From a virus (lineage: Duplodnaviria > Caudoviricetes), in the IMG/VR virus record IMGVR_UViG_2706795407_000001, positions 1 through 64,000 of that record: a stretch of 64,000 nt of DNA; one strand, 5' to 3'. The notes under the pieces were generated by a model, which saw nothing but the letters and a program-made list of their open reading frames with translations, was not told the origin of the DNA and ran no database searches. Numbering within the stretch: position 1 is the stretch's first letter; each line of letters starts with the position of its first letter. Both the position numbers and the translations under genes were made by a program. Shown piece by piece: positions 28,281 through 36,916 of this stretch.

Positions 28281-28627
28281 ACATTCCGCCACGCCAAACG
28301 TCGCACAATCAACGACACAGTAGGCGGTGTCACGTTGAACTCCCGCGCCAGCTCGGCCTGAGTGAAACCTGACGCATACAGGTGGCGCATGCGCACCACC
28401 TGCTCTGGCGTCAGCACATGAGAGGCGGGGAGGGTCCGCTCGCTGTAGACCCTCCTGGCCTTCTTGTAGCACGACAAACATAAGCCCTTGGCTTTATGCG
28501 GCGCGCCACAGTGATGACACGCCTCATGGCTACTGTCGCAACCCTCAACTTCACAGTTCACAACCCCGCATCTTAACCGAGCGGGGTTGTTTCTGTATTC
28601 AACTTGGAGAAAAACTTTTGCTGGCAA
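28277..28627 (-). CDS. Zn-finger/HTH protein resembling an HNH endonuclease lacking its nuclease core (true start may be internal)
   Basis: CEVEGC, AKGLCLSCY, LTPEQVVRMRHLYASGFTQAELAREFNVTPPTVSLIV. Confidence 0.5.
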   Translation of the reverse strand: MPAKVFLQVEYRNNPARLRCGVVNCEVEGCDSSHEACHHCGAPHKAKGLCLSCYKKARRVYSERTLPASHVLTPEQVVRMRHLYASGFTQAELAREFNVTPPTVSLIVRRLAWRNV

Positions 28628-28908
28628 AAATAGCCTCCATCATCCTACCCATCCTCATCAGGGCCATCGGCGACTACCTGAAAGACAACCCCGACTTCGT
28701 TGACAGCATTGTTGACCGGCTGGGGGACAAACTGGGGGATCGCATCGCGGACCTGCTGCCCGATTTCTCCTCGCTGCCCGAGGATGTTGCCGAGCAGGTG
28801 GGCGGGCTTCTGTCCGGTCTTCCGCGAGAAATCGCTGACGCGCTTCACGGCGTTCTCGGTGGACTCCCGGTTGTGGGTGGCGCGTTCAGGAACATCCTGG
28901 GGGGCTGA
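28618..28908 (+). CDS. Hypothetical protein preceding lysin A
   Basis: Hydrophobic N-terminus; position at start of lysis cassette. Confidence 0.6.
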   Translation: MLAKIASIILPILIRAIGDYLKDNPDFVDSIVDRLGDKLGDRIADLLPDFSSLPEDVAEQVGGLLSGLPREIADALHGVLGGLPVVGGAFRNILGG

Positions 28909-28915
28909 TCCAACT

Positions 28916-30328
28916 ATGGTGGCACGACTGAATGTAGAGTTTGCGAAACGCATTCTCTCTGACCGAATCGGCAACGCCTACGTGTACGGCGGTAACTGGG
29001 ACCCGTTCAATCTCAAAACGGGAACCGACTGCTCGGGGCTGGTTGTCGACATCTGTGATGCGGTGCGGAACGGCACGAGGATGGCGTGGACGCGCCACGG
29101 CATGTCCACGGAGTCGTGGCGCCCGCCGTCGATGGGCGGGCGCGCAAACCCCAACAATGGGCCGTTCGGAACAGTGATGGTGGATCATCCGTCACAATTT
29201 CCTGACGATGCTGTTGTAAAAATCGCCATCCACCACGGTCCCGGCGGCGGTAGAAACTCGCACACCTGGTGTTCCGTCGACGGGATGCGTGGCGAGTCCG
29301 CCGGATCTAAGGGCTGCGTCACGGGAAGCGCTGCGCGCGACCCCCACGACACGTCATACGCCAACAACTGGTGGTATCTGCCCGGACCCATCGTTGAGGA
29401 CGGAAGCCCCATCACCGAGAACCCGAACGCGGTCACCTGGGGGATCGACATCTCCAACCATCAAGGCGAGATGGATTTGAACCGGGTCAAAGCGGAGGGC
29501 TTCGATTTCATCTGGTGCAAGGTGTCGGAGGGCGCGAACTATCGCGACCCTTTCTGGCCGGGTAATCGGGACAAGGCTCGTGAAGCGGGCCTGATCCTCG
29601 CCGGATACCACTACGTCCGCACCGGCGACCCAGCCGCGCAGGCACGGACCTTCGTCGAGCACCTGGGCGATAAGTCAATTCCCGCCATGCTGGATTTCGA
29701 GGACGGATCGGGAAACATCGATCAGTTCTGGGCAGTTAAGGCAGAAATCGAGAAGCTTGGCGTCAGTGTGCGCCTTTCCTACATTCCGGACTGGTATTGG
29801 GAGCGCATCGGGAAACCCGACCTCTCAAAGGTTCCGGGACTAATCTCGTCCGAGTATGTCAGCGGCACGGGCTACGCATCGGTGCTGTACCCGGGCAATT
29901 CAAGCAACTTCTGGAAGGCCTACGGCGGCCGAACCCCCGACGTCCTGCAGTTCACCGACAGGGCGTTGGTGGCAGGCAAGTCTGTTGACGCGAACGCTTT
30001 CCGGGGCACACCAGACAAGCTGCGCCAATTGTTGGGCGCGGGAGGAGATGATCCTTTGGCAAATCCCGAAATCGAACGCATGGTGCGTGAAATTCACGGC
30101 TGCCTATTTAACAAAATTCCGTCCCAGTCGAAGTACAAGACGGCGGGGGAGGGCGCTCGTTGGCAACTCCACGAACTTATCAAGAATGACGATGCGCTTC
30201 TGCATGAAATGTACGTGGAGCGCCAGGCCATGATGGGCAATCCCGAGGCTCTAGCCCTTGTCAGGCGCGAAGCTGACAGGGGCGACAAGTGGGCAAAAGT
30301 TGTCCTCGAATACATTGAGGGGGAGTAA
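28916..30328 (+). CDS. lysA: Lysin A (N-terminal NlpC/P60-like peptidase plus GH25 muramidase)
   Basis: YVYGG...TDCSGLV and SHTWC; WGIDISNHQG, KVSEG, GYHY, MLDFED, LQFT; ATG at 28916. Confidence 0.9.
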   Translation: MVARLNVEFAKRILSDRIGNAYVYGGNWDPFNLKTGTDCSGLVVDICDAVRNGTRMAWTRHGMSTESWRPPSMGGRANPNNGPFGTVMVDHPSQFPDDAVVKIAIHHGPGGGRNSHTWCSVDGMRGESAGSKGCVTGSAARDPHDTSYANNWWYLPGPIVEDGSPITENPNAVTWGIDISNHQGEMDLNRVKAEGFDFIWCKVSEGANYRDPFWPGNRDKAREAGLILAGYHYVRTGDPAAQARTFVEHLGDKSIPAMLDFEDGSGNIDQFWAVKAEIEKLGVSVRLSYIPDWYWERIGKPDLSKVPGLISSEYVSGTGYASVLYPGNSSNFWKAYGGRTPDVLQFTDRALVAGKSVDANAFRGTPDKLRQLLGAGGDDPLANPEIERMVREIHGCLFNKIPSQSKYKTAGEGARWQLHELIKNDDALLHEMYVERQAMMGNPEALALVRREADRGDKWAKVVLEYIEGE

Positions 30329-30708
30329 TGCCCGCTGACGTTGACGTCAAAAACCAAATCGACGGAGTCCAGGCCGATGGCACACCTAGACCTTGGGCTT
30401 GGGTGCGTGTACGCGCACGCACGGTCCTCGGAAATCTGAAAAACAAGCCTTTCGCGCGGGACATCAACGGGAATCCCGTTGCATCCACACCATCAGCTCT
30501 AGACCACATCATCGGCGCTTCAGAGCAGACCTCGTGGCGGTATGTCGCCTCGGACGGCACCGTTTACGATCTGAAGGATTTCGTCATCGTGGCGATCGAG
30601 AAGATGATTGCCGAGACCGATCCTGCACAACTCGCCGAATACCGTGACAGGGCGTCCCGGCTGCGCCCCTGGCCTGCGGGATACGCGGGGAAGCCCGACT
30701 TCGAGTGA
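30328..30708 (+). CDS. Hypothetical protein between lysin A and lysin B
   Basis: 126-aa ORF overlapping both neighbours. Confidence 0.65.
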   Translation: MPADVDVKNQIDGVQADGTPRPWAWVRVRARTVLGNLKNKPFARDINGNPVASTPSALDHIIGASEQTSWRYVASDGTVYDLKDFVIVAIEKMIAETDPAQLAEYRDRASRLRPWPAGYAGKPDFE

Positions 30709-31589
30709 GCGGGTTGTGGCCGGAAATCCGCGCCATGCTCAACGGCGAATTCTACATACCCGCCGGGACGATCATTACGGCAAACGGCACGGGCGTCCCT
30801 GACGGGTCGGGACCGGGGTTTAGTGCAGATTTAGCTCGGGAGCTGGACCGCCGCGCTGAGGGCATGTGGGTGTGGCGATGGATCAACTATCCCGCCGCAG
30901 TGTTTCCCATGCGTCCCAGTATCGGCATTCTGCGAAACAACCTGAAGGCGATGATCCGCGCCACGCCTGGCAGGCTTGTTCTATCCGCCTACAGCCAGTC
31001 GGCTATCGCGTTCGCCTACGTGTGGCGGGACGACATCCTCAACCCCAACGGGGAGCTGCATCACCGCCTCGACGATATCGAGGCGATCATCCTGTACGGC
31101 GATCCGGTTCGTACGCCGGGTATTGCGTACGGAAACGAACTCGGGGGTGTCGCCCCTCCGGGCGAAGTGAATGGGCACGTGTCTGGCGGAATCGCTGGCC
31201 CGAACTGCCTTCGCCCGGAGGAATGCCTGCATCCGGTGACGGGACGCAGAGTCATCTTGAGCGTCGCTAATCCTGGCGACCTGTATGCCTCCGCGCCCGT
31301 GGGGGAGGTCCCATGGGTAGAGGAGACCGAGGTCGGCGCGCTGGAGACGATGATCTTCGAGGCGGTGATGGACTTCAATGGTCGGGACTTCTTGGCGTTC
31401 GCCAAGGAGATCGCCGAACTGTTCATCAAGCCCCTGTCTCAGGTGCTGCCGCTCGTTCAAGCGATCTGGAATGGGTTGACATTCCTGGGGCAGGGGTCTT
31501 CGGCCCCTCACTGGACATACAACGTAATGCCCGCCGCCGACTATCTGATCGAGCTGGGCGCAAACATTCGAGAGAGGGGGGTGGCATGA
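30705..31589 (+). CDS. lysB: Lysin B (cutinase-like mycolylarabinogalactan esterase)
   Basis: WRWINYPAA, AYSQS nucleophile elbow, YGDP, GDLYA, PHWTY. Confidence 0.85.
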   Translation: MSGLWPEIRAMLNGEFYIPAGTIITANGTGVPDGSGPGFSADLARELDRRAEGMWVWRWINYPAAVFPMRPSIGILRNNLKAMIRATPGRLVLSAYSQSAIAFAYVWRDDILNPNGELHHRLDDIEAIILYGDPVRTPGIAYGNELGGVAPPGEVNGHVSGGIAGPNCLRPEECLHPVTGRRVILSVANPGDLYASAPVGEVPWVEETEVGALETMIFEAVMDFNGRDFLAFAKEIAELFIKPLSQVLPLVQAIWNGLTFLGQGSSAPHWTYNVMPAADYLIELGANIRERGVA

Positions 31590-31867
31590 AAATCTTCGGA
31601 TATGAAGTAAGGGAAGTTCGCAAGTTCATCGCCGCTGCCGTAGGCGGTGCCGCGTCTGTCGCTAGCCAATTGTTGGCGATGGGTGACGTGTTGCCGCCCC
31701 AGGTGGCAAACTGGGCTACGGTGGTGGTGTCTGTAGCGACCGCTCTGGGCGTTTTTGGGGTGCCTAATCACACTCCCGGTACAATCACCCGTGACGAGCC
31801 TAAAAGCCCGTCAGAATCGCTCACAGAGCCCGCTAGAGTGCCGCGCAAGCGGCTACCGGTGATCTGA
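31586..31867 (+). CDS. Holin
   Basis: Two hydrophobic segments, RKFIAA...ALGVFGVPN pattern, follows lysB. Confidence 0.8.
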   Translation: MKIFGYEVREVRKFIAAAVGGAASVASQLLAMGDVLPPQVANWATVVVSVATALGVFGVPNHTPGTITRDEPKSPSESLTEPARVPRKRLPVI

Positions 31868-31869
31868 AC

Positions 31870-32178
31870 GTGAACGCACCGCTCAACGCTGACTCGTGGC
31901 TGGACCTTATCGCATACTTGATCATGGCGCTGTCTATGATCGGGGTTGCGGCCATCCCCGTATGGCTCCAGCGACGCAAAGTGAACGAAATCCATGACCA
32001 AGCTGTCAACTCTCACAAGGACAAGGATAATCTTCGTGACCAGATCGACCGTATCGAGTCGATCATGATCGAAGGGTTTCAGTCTGTGGATCGCCGCCTG
32101 GACCGTTTTGAGGGTCGCTTGGAGCGTGAGATTGATGAACGAATAGCTGCCGATAAGCAGCTTAGAAAAGGAGCTTGA
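31870..32178 (+). CDS. Membrane protein of the lysis cassette
   Basis: One TM helix then coiled coil (QAVNSH...NLRDQIDR). Confidence 0.75.
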   Translation: MNAPLNADSWLDLIAYLIMALSMIGVAAIPVWLQRRKVNEIHDQAVNSHKDKDNLRDQIDRIESIMIEGFQSVDRRLDRFEGRLEREIDERIAADKQLRKGA

Positions 32179-32210
32179 AACTGTTAGCTGAACCTTCAGC
32201 TACAAAGACT

Positions 32211-32316
32211 GCCGCCCAGGGCTGCTCTTCCAGTTATTCCCCGGCTGGAATTGAGCGCCTTGGGCGGCTTTTTTGTTTTCGCCCCGTTTGGCCGATGGCT
32301 AGGCGGGGCGCTTTTT
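32211..32316. terminator. Tandem terminator hairpins between convergent operons
   Basis: GCCGCCCAGGGC / GCCTTGGGCGGC plus TTTTTT; CGCCCCG / CGGGGCG plus CTTTTT. Confidence 0.75.
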
Positions 32317-32383
32317 GCGTTTCTGATTAGTTCGCCTTACGCCAGGCTGGTGCGGTACGGCTCGTACAGGTGTCCGTGTTGCA

Positions 32384-32491
32384 TCAGCCTCTAGTCCGGA
32401 CGTACATGTCCAGCCAGTGCTCGTAGCAGACCCACCCGCAGTAGTTGCGGTAGAATCCTTTCGCGCCGCATTTGCGACACCTTTTGTCCAT
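32384..32491 (-). CDS. Small Cys-rich protein
   Basis: MDKRCRKCGAKGFYRNYCGWVCYEHW, RBS GGAG. Confidence 0.5.
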   Translation of the reverse strand: MDKRCRKCGAKGFYRNYCGWVCYEHWLDMYVRTRG

Positions 32492-32501
32492 AGTCTCCGC
32501 C

Positions 32502-32699
32502 CTATGCTGGGTTGCCGCGACTCTCACGCTTGCAGTTGTCGCAAACGGCATAGGGCCATTCGCGCTTGACAGCGCTGAACTTGGCCTGCGCCCCGGCCAG
32601 CGAAAAACTGCCGATAGGCTTGCACTCAAGCTCCTCGCGCCACTCGATCCGTAACGGAAAATCTGGTCCGCAGTGCTTGCACCACACGTGTTCCTCCAT
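32502..32699 (-). CDS. Small Zn-ribbon protein
   Basis: CKHC and CDNC pairs. Confidence 0.6.
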   Translation of the reverse strand: MEEHVWCKHCGPDFPLRIEWREELECKPIGSFSLAGAQAKFSAVKREWPYAVCDNCKRESRGNPA

Positions 32700-32736
32700 G
32701 CCGATAATGCCGCCGCCTTCTGTCGGGCTACAGGGC

Positions 32737-33000
32737 CTAGGCTCCCACGTGCACCAGCCATTCGGCGTCGGTCATGTATCGCTCAGGATCGCAGGCGCAC
32801 GACTGAATCCAGCCGCCGTTCCAGTCCTCGCGCTGGTCGCGCAGGACGTGCTCACCGTTCGTAAGCGTGGAAATGAATCGCCGGTAGGCGATGTCGCGCG
32901 CCGCGTATTCGGCCTCGGCTCGCGCCAACTCCTTCTTGGCTCGGTCAACGTCTCGCTGCGCGTGGCCTCTCGCCGTGCCCAACTCGCCTAGTCTGTCCAT
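32737..33000 (-). CDS. Hypothetical protein
   Basis: 87-aa ORF with RBS GAGAGGA. Confidence 0.6.
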   Translation of the reverse strand: MDRLGELGTARGHAQRDVDRAKKELARAEAEYAARDIAYRRFISTLTNGEHVLRDQREDWNGGWIQSCACDPERYMTDAEWLVHVGA

Positions 33001-33036
33001 GCCATCCTCTCGGTTTTCCGATAAGCTTGCGTTGCG

Positions 33037-33177
33037 TCAGGTTGTTACCTTGAGAACAGTCATCCATATCGTCTCCGCGATCCTGTCGATGAGCGTCTCG
33101 GACAACGTATCTCCGTACTCGTCCCGCAAGTCTCGGTGCATCAGCTCCAAGAACAGCTCACCTTGCTCGTAGGTCAT
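33037..33177 (-). CDS. Small hypothetical protein
   Basis: Read by hand: MTYEQGELFLELMHRDLRDEYG..., 46 aa. Confidence 0.45.
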   Translation of the reverse strand: MTYEQGELFLELMHRDLRDEYGDTLSETLIDRIAETIWMTVLKVTT

Positions 33178-33319
33178 GCGATCTTCACCCGCATTTCTCC
33201 GTTCGTGTGTGGATAATTTCTCGTTCTGTCATACATTCCGTAAACAGGTTCCTCTTCAGCCTTTGGCCTGATCTTCGCGCAGGATATTCCTGGATTCTCA
33301 AACCATGTTCATGTCCCTC

Positions 33320-33487
33320 TCAAATATATAGGCCTGGTGAGATGTAGTCGTCCTCTATCGCTTCGACCACAGTCTGTGTCTGAATATATGCGGCTGTCGC
33401 GGCGTTCACCACCACAGCCCCTGCCATAGCGATCTTGCGCATAATCGGGAAGCCCATGCGGTGGCGAACGAACTTGTTGATGCTCAT
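33320..33487 (-). CDS. Small hypothetical protein
   Basis: Read by hand: MSINKFVRHRMGFPIMRKIAMAGAVVVNAATAAY..., 55 aa, starts just after lsr2. Confidence 0.45.
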   Translation of the reverse strand: MSINKFVRHRMGFPIMRKIAMAGAVVVNAATAAYIQTQTVVEAIEDDYISPGLYI

Positions 33488-33490
33488 GGG

Positions 33491-33835
33491 TCACGCGCTC
33501 ACTTCCGCAAACTCGGCCTCGAAGCGGTCAACGATGTCTGCTGGTATCCGCCCGCGATCCTTGACGGCGATGCCTTTCCGTTTCGCCCATTCTCGGATGG
33601 CGTTGTTCTGTAGTGCTTTCTCTGCTGGGGCCTTGTGTACGGTGGCTACCCGTCGTGGACGCTTGTCCTGTACGACTGTGGCGGATTCGATGAATCCGGC
33701 GATGGCTTCGCGGAACTCGCCCATCGTTTTTTCTACGAGGTCGATTTTGTAGTGGATCCCGTCAAACATGAACTCGCGGGTTTCCGCCCCTTCGTCCCCT
33801 GTGATGTCATCGACAAGTGTCGTCTTCAGTGCCAT
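33491..33835 (-). CDS. lsr2: Lsr2-like nucleoid-associated protein
   Basis: LVDDITG, FDGIHYKIDL, IREWAKRKG, RGRIP AT-hook motif; RBS AAAGGAG. Confidence 0.92.
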   Translation of the reverse strand: MALKTTLVDDITGDEGAETREFMFDGIHYKIDLVEKTMGEFREAIAGFIESATVVQDKRPRRVATVHKAPAEKALQNNAIREWAKRKGIAVKDRGRIPADIVDRFEAEFAEVSA

Positions 33836-33876
33836 TTGGCTTTCTCCTTTGCTTTTCGGGAATGTCCGATAAGACA

Positions 33877-33905
33877 AAGATAGAGACATTGCGATGGGAT
33901 GTCAA
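33877..33905 (-). promoter_or_regulatory. SigA-type promoter for lsr2
   Basis: TTGACA, 17 nt spacer, TATCTT. Confidence 0.7.
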
Positions 33906-33946
33906 CTAGTCAATGATCGGGGAAGTTTATTTGTCGAAACCGCTGG

Positions 33947-34126
33947 TCACGGCCTGTTCATGTCTAGGTTTTGTTGACATTGCCCGCATACTTGGGTGCC
34001 GTGATACAGCCACTCTCCGCAGCCGTGGCAGATGTGGGTACCGTAGCGGCAGTGTTCGCATCTGGGATCTCTGGCGGTTTTCGGCCCGTGCAGGGTGAGT
34101 GGCGTGACGAGCGTGATGACGTTCAT
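33947..34126 (-). CDS. Small Cys-rich protein
   Basis: Read by hand: MNVITLVTPL...CEHC...CHGC...CGQC, 59 aa. Confidence 0.5.
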   Translation of the reverse strand: MNVITLVTPLTLHGPKTARDPRCEHCRYGTHICHGCGEWLYHGTQVCGQCQQNLDMNRP

Positions 34127-34161
34127 TGCTTCATTCTTTCATTGTTAAGGAGTCCGCTTAA

Positions 34162-34599
34162 CTATGCTCGCACTGGCTGTCGCTTATGGAAGTAGAGCAC
34201 AGGATGCTCACGGTAGAGGTCTTCGTCGTCGCATGAATCCTCATACAGCTCGTATCCGAGAAAGTCTCCCACATGCATGTCCAGGTGTGGTTCTATCCAC
34301 TGGGTGAACGCTTCGACTTCGCTACTGTAGTTTTTGAGCGATGACGCGATGACCAGCTCGTTATGATACGGCGGCGACCAGTTGTCAGGGTTCTTTCGAC
34401 GGAAGACGGGTTTACGGCTTTCCTGGTAGACAGCCCCGCCGCCGATGAATACCGACTCCCAGCGGGGGAGGGTGAAAAACTCGTGGTCATCGAACGGTGT
34501 CTGGAACCATCCTTCACCGTTGATGTTCTCGTCCAGCCAGTTTGTTACTGGTCCGCTCCTGACGTTGACCCTGAAGCACGCCTCCGTGTACATCCCCAT
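34162..34599 (-). CDS. Hypothetical protein
   Basis: 145 aa; MGMYTE start and SLKNYSSEVEAFTQWI segment. Confidence 0.7.
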   Translation of the reverse strand: MGMYTEACFRVNVRSGPVTNWLDENINGEGWFQTPFDDHEFFTLPRWESVFIGGGAVYQESRKPVFRRKNPDNWSPPYHNELVIASSLKNYSSEVEAFTQWIEPHLDMHVGDFLGYELYEDSCDDEDLYREHPVLYFHKRQPVRA

Positions 34600-34606
34600 G
34601 TTTCCC

Positions 34607-34816
34607 CTAGAAGCCTGCTGTTCCCATGCCGCGCCAGATCGCGCGGAGATTAACCCACAGTCGCCACTTCAACACATGCCATCCATCTATCGGTTCACAG
34701 TGGCACTCATTGGGAGTTCTCCTGACCAGGTACCATCCATCATCCATCTTGATGGTGAACATGTCGCACAATATTGGTCCGCTGACGGGTTGGGTGAATG
34801 CCGCGCGATTGTTCAC
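34607..34816 (-). CDS. Hypothetical protein
   Basis: ORF in leftward array. Confidence 0.55.
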   Translation of the reverse strand: MNNRAAFTQPVSGPILCDMFTIKMDDGWYLVRRTPNECHCEPIDGWHVLKWRLWVNLRAIWRGMGTAGF

Positions 34817-34825
34817 AATTTCGCC

Positions 34826-35002
34826 TTATGTCGGGTTCACCTGGGGCCACGCATTGCCGCAGGGGCACTCATGCTCGCCGTCGTGCGTGTGATGCCGCCA
34901 GCAGTAGTGGTCGAGGTACTCGGGGTCTGGATTGCCGGGGCACTGCTCATTGCAGGCGCAGTCACAACACCGTCTCACCATGTTGTCGTCGCCATCAGTC
35001 AT
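34826..35002 (-). CDS. Small Cys/His-rich protein
   Basis: MTDGDDNMVRRCCDCAC...HECPCG; start overlaps the upstream stop. Confidence 0.5.
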   Translation of the reverse strand: MTDGDDNMVRRCCDCACNEQCPGNPDPEYLDHYCWRHHTHDGEHECPCGNAWPQVNPT

Positions 35003-35291
35003 CCACCCCCGGCAGGTGCAGCACGCGGGCAGGGAACTGGTCGGGGTCGAAGTCATAGGACCCCTGACATGCCCCACCGTGTGCATCCAGGAGAACAACC
35101 TCGTGCCCGTATCGGTCGATGAGCTCGGCGAGCTCGTCCGCGTTCTCGATGGTGCGGGACTTGTGCCACTCGGCGGCGATGGTGTCGGCAAGCATCTTCG
35201 CCGAACACTCTTCGCAATCACTCTTGTGTGCGAACATTCCAGCGTGGAGGGCTTTGCTCGCCACCTCGCGCAAGGTCGGATAGTCAGCCAT
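34995..35291 (-). CDS. Hypothetical protein
   Basis: Coupled ORF; TIENADELAEL segment. Confidence 0.6.
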   Translation of the reverse strand: MADYPTLREVASKALHAGMFAHKSDCEECSAKMLADTIAAEWHKSRTIENADELAELIDRYGHEVVLLDAHGGACQGSYDFDPDQFPARVLHLPGVDD

Positions 35292-35733
35292 GGTTAGTCT
35301 CGTTGTTGTTGGGGCAGCGTGGGTTTCCTGCGCATGTGCAGTCGATTCCGCCGCCGACGATTTCGGGGCATTTGCCGCAGCACCCGACAGCTATTCGCAG
35401 TAGAGCGTGTAGGCGGTCGATTTCGTCGGCCTGGCGGGCCACGACGTCGACCCAGTAGCGGTACTCCCGCCCGTGCCAAGGGCAGGTTTCTTCGGGTCCG
35501 TTCGTCGTTTCCGGGTTGGTGTCGCAGATGCAGTCGCCGTCACGTTCCCGCTTCATGGCGCGCTGGCGTTCGACGTGCTCGACCCAGGGGCCACCGGCCC
35601 GCAACCGATCGATCTCTTCTGCCGTGTCGGCTATTACCTGCACGACCTCGGCGGCGTCTTCGATGTGCAGCAGCCTCGGGTCAGAGCTGACTCGCTCAAG
35701 CAGTTCGCGTGCCCGGTAGGCAACATCACTCAT
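35284..35733 (-). CDS. Hypothetical protein (MSDV..RARELL family)
   Basis: Coupled ORF; N-terminus similar to next gene. Confidence 0.65.
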   Translation of the reverse strand: MSDVAYRARELLERVSSDPRLLHIEDAAEVVQVIADTAEEIDRLRAGGPWVEHVERQRAMKRERDGDCICDTNPETTNGPEETCPWHGREYRYWVDVVARQADEIDRLHALLRIAVGCCGKCPEIVGGGIDCTCAGNPRCPNNNETNHG

Positions 35734-36098
35734 CGGTCAGTCTTTCTCAGCAACTTGCGAATGCGGAACATTCGCCGCTCACGGTCCACGCTCTCTTCGC
35801 GCGCCTCGTCGACCGCCTCACTCCAGATGCGGCTGGCGCTTTTGTCGCGGACGTGAAGACGATGCGCTTCTTTTAACTCGTCCAGCTCGGCCCGCAGGCG
35901 CTCGTTCTCGGCCAGCAGTTCACTGACCAGTTCCGGCGCGGCAGCGATGAACTCGGCCTCTCTGGGCGAACGGCATAGCGCCTTCTGTGAGTCGGCGGCG
36001 TACACCCCCCACCCCTGTGGCAGGGGCTCGACATCCCAAGGTCGGTAGGGGTCGATGCCTGCGAGTAGTTCCCGCGCCCGGTCAACGATGTCACTCAT
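35730..36098 (-). CDS. Hypothetical protein (MSDI..RARELL family)
   Basis: AEFIAAAPELVSELLAENERLR motif (Ead/Ea22-like). Confidence 0.65.
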   Translation of the reverse strand: MSDIVDRARELLAGIDPYRPWDVEPLPQGWGVYAADSQKALCRSPREAEFIAAAPELVSELLAENERLRAELDELKEAHRLHVRDKSASRIWSEAVDEAREESVDRERRMFRIRKLLRKTDR

Positions 36099-36229
36099 TG
36101 GTCGCCTTTCATGGAGTCGGCTTCGCTAACGGTCATAGACTTTCCGCATCGGCAGGTCCATACGCCCGCTTTCACGTGCCAGAAGTGTTGACCGCAGCGC
36201 GTACAGAAGACACTCTGTGTCCAGCTCAT
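36095..36229 (-). CDS. Small Zn-finger protein, copy 1
   Basis: MSWTQSVFCTRCGQHFWHVKAGVWTCRCGKSMTVSEADS; paralog at 40635-40766. Confidence 0.7.
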   Translation of the reverse strand: MSWTQSVFCTRCGQHFWHVKAGVWTCRCGKSMTVSEADSMKGDQ

Positions 36230-36555
36230 CGGTCGCCCCGTTCAGCAGCAGCGAGAATCGCCTGACGCACATTTGCGTATTCCGTCTCGCCGTACAGCGC
36301 ATGGTCGGGCGGCTGGCGGTAGATGATGACGCCGAAACCCGCGAGCCACAGTGGACGTACCGACCACCCCGTGTAAACCATCGCGGCCATTGATGCTCTG
36401 TTCAGGTCGAGATGTGCATTGCGGCGACGGAGCTTGAACATGCCATCCCCGTGCTCAAAGGTGAAGCGCAACAGCCAAGCCGATGCCGCCAGGACGAGGG
36501 ATACCGCCAGCCAGATCCCCGCAGCCGCGAGCGCGCCGATCACGTAGTCACTCAT
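36226..36555 (-). CDS. Membrane protein
   Basis: MSDYVIGALAAAGIWLAVSLVLAASAWLL hydrophobic N-terminus. Confidence 0.65.
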   Translation of the reverse strand: MSDYVIGALAAAGIWLAVSLVLAASAWLLRFTFEHGDGMFKLRRRNAHLDLNRASMAAMVYTGWSVRPLWLAGFGVIIYRQPPDHALYGETEYANVRQAILAAAERGDR

Positions 36556-36916
36556 GGCTGTCGCCCCGTTCAGCGGCAGCGGCAGCAGCCAAGAGTGCAG
36601 CGGCGTAAGAGCGTGCATCAGACGGCGAATCACACGGATTGGACACCCCGTTGCCGACGATCTTCCCGTCAGAAGGCCGGATGTTGACTTCGCCGTCCCT
36701 GTACGGCTCCCCTCTCCACGATTGCGTTACAGGCCATACCGTCATAGACCCGTCCCAATTCTCTTTAGCTTCCGGCAGCTCGACCAGGGCGATACGGTTG
36801 TCCTTGAGCGCGGCGAGGATTGACCGCGCAATCATCGCGGACCCCTCGTCAGAGATGGTTGGCTTGAAGTACGCATTCAGCGCGTCAATCACAATAGACT
36901 CAATACGGTCGCTCAC
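36548..36916 (-). CDS. Hypothetical protein (VELPE family)
   Basis: IALVELPE...ARSYAAALLAAA. Confidence 0.65.
   Translation of the reverse strand: MSDRIESIVIDALNAYFKPTISDEGSAMIARSILAALKDNRIALVELPEAKENWDGSMTVWPVTQSWRGEPYRDGEVNIRPSDGKIVGNGVSNPCDSPSDARSYAAALLAAAAAAERGDSHE

Noticed and set aside
33178-33310. Possible small gene in the gap
   Set aside because: Two open frames, neither with a convincing start and RBS
34445-35122. 225-aa plus-strand ORF
   Set aside because: Antisense to a run of coupled minus-strand genes
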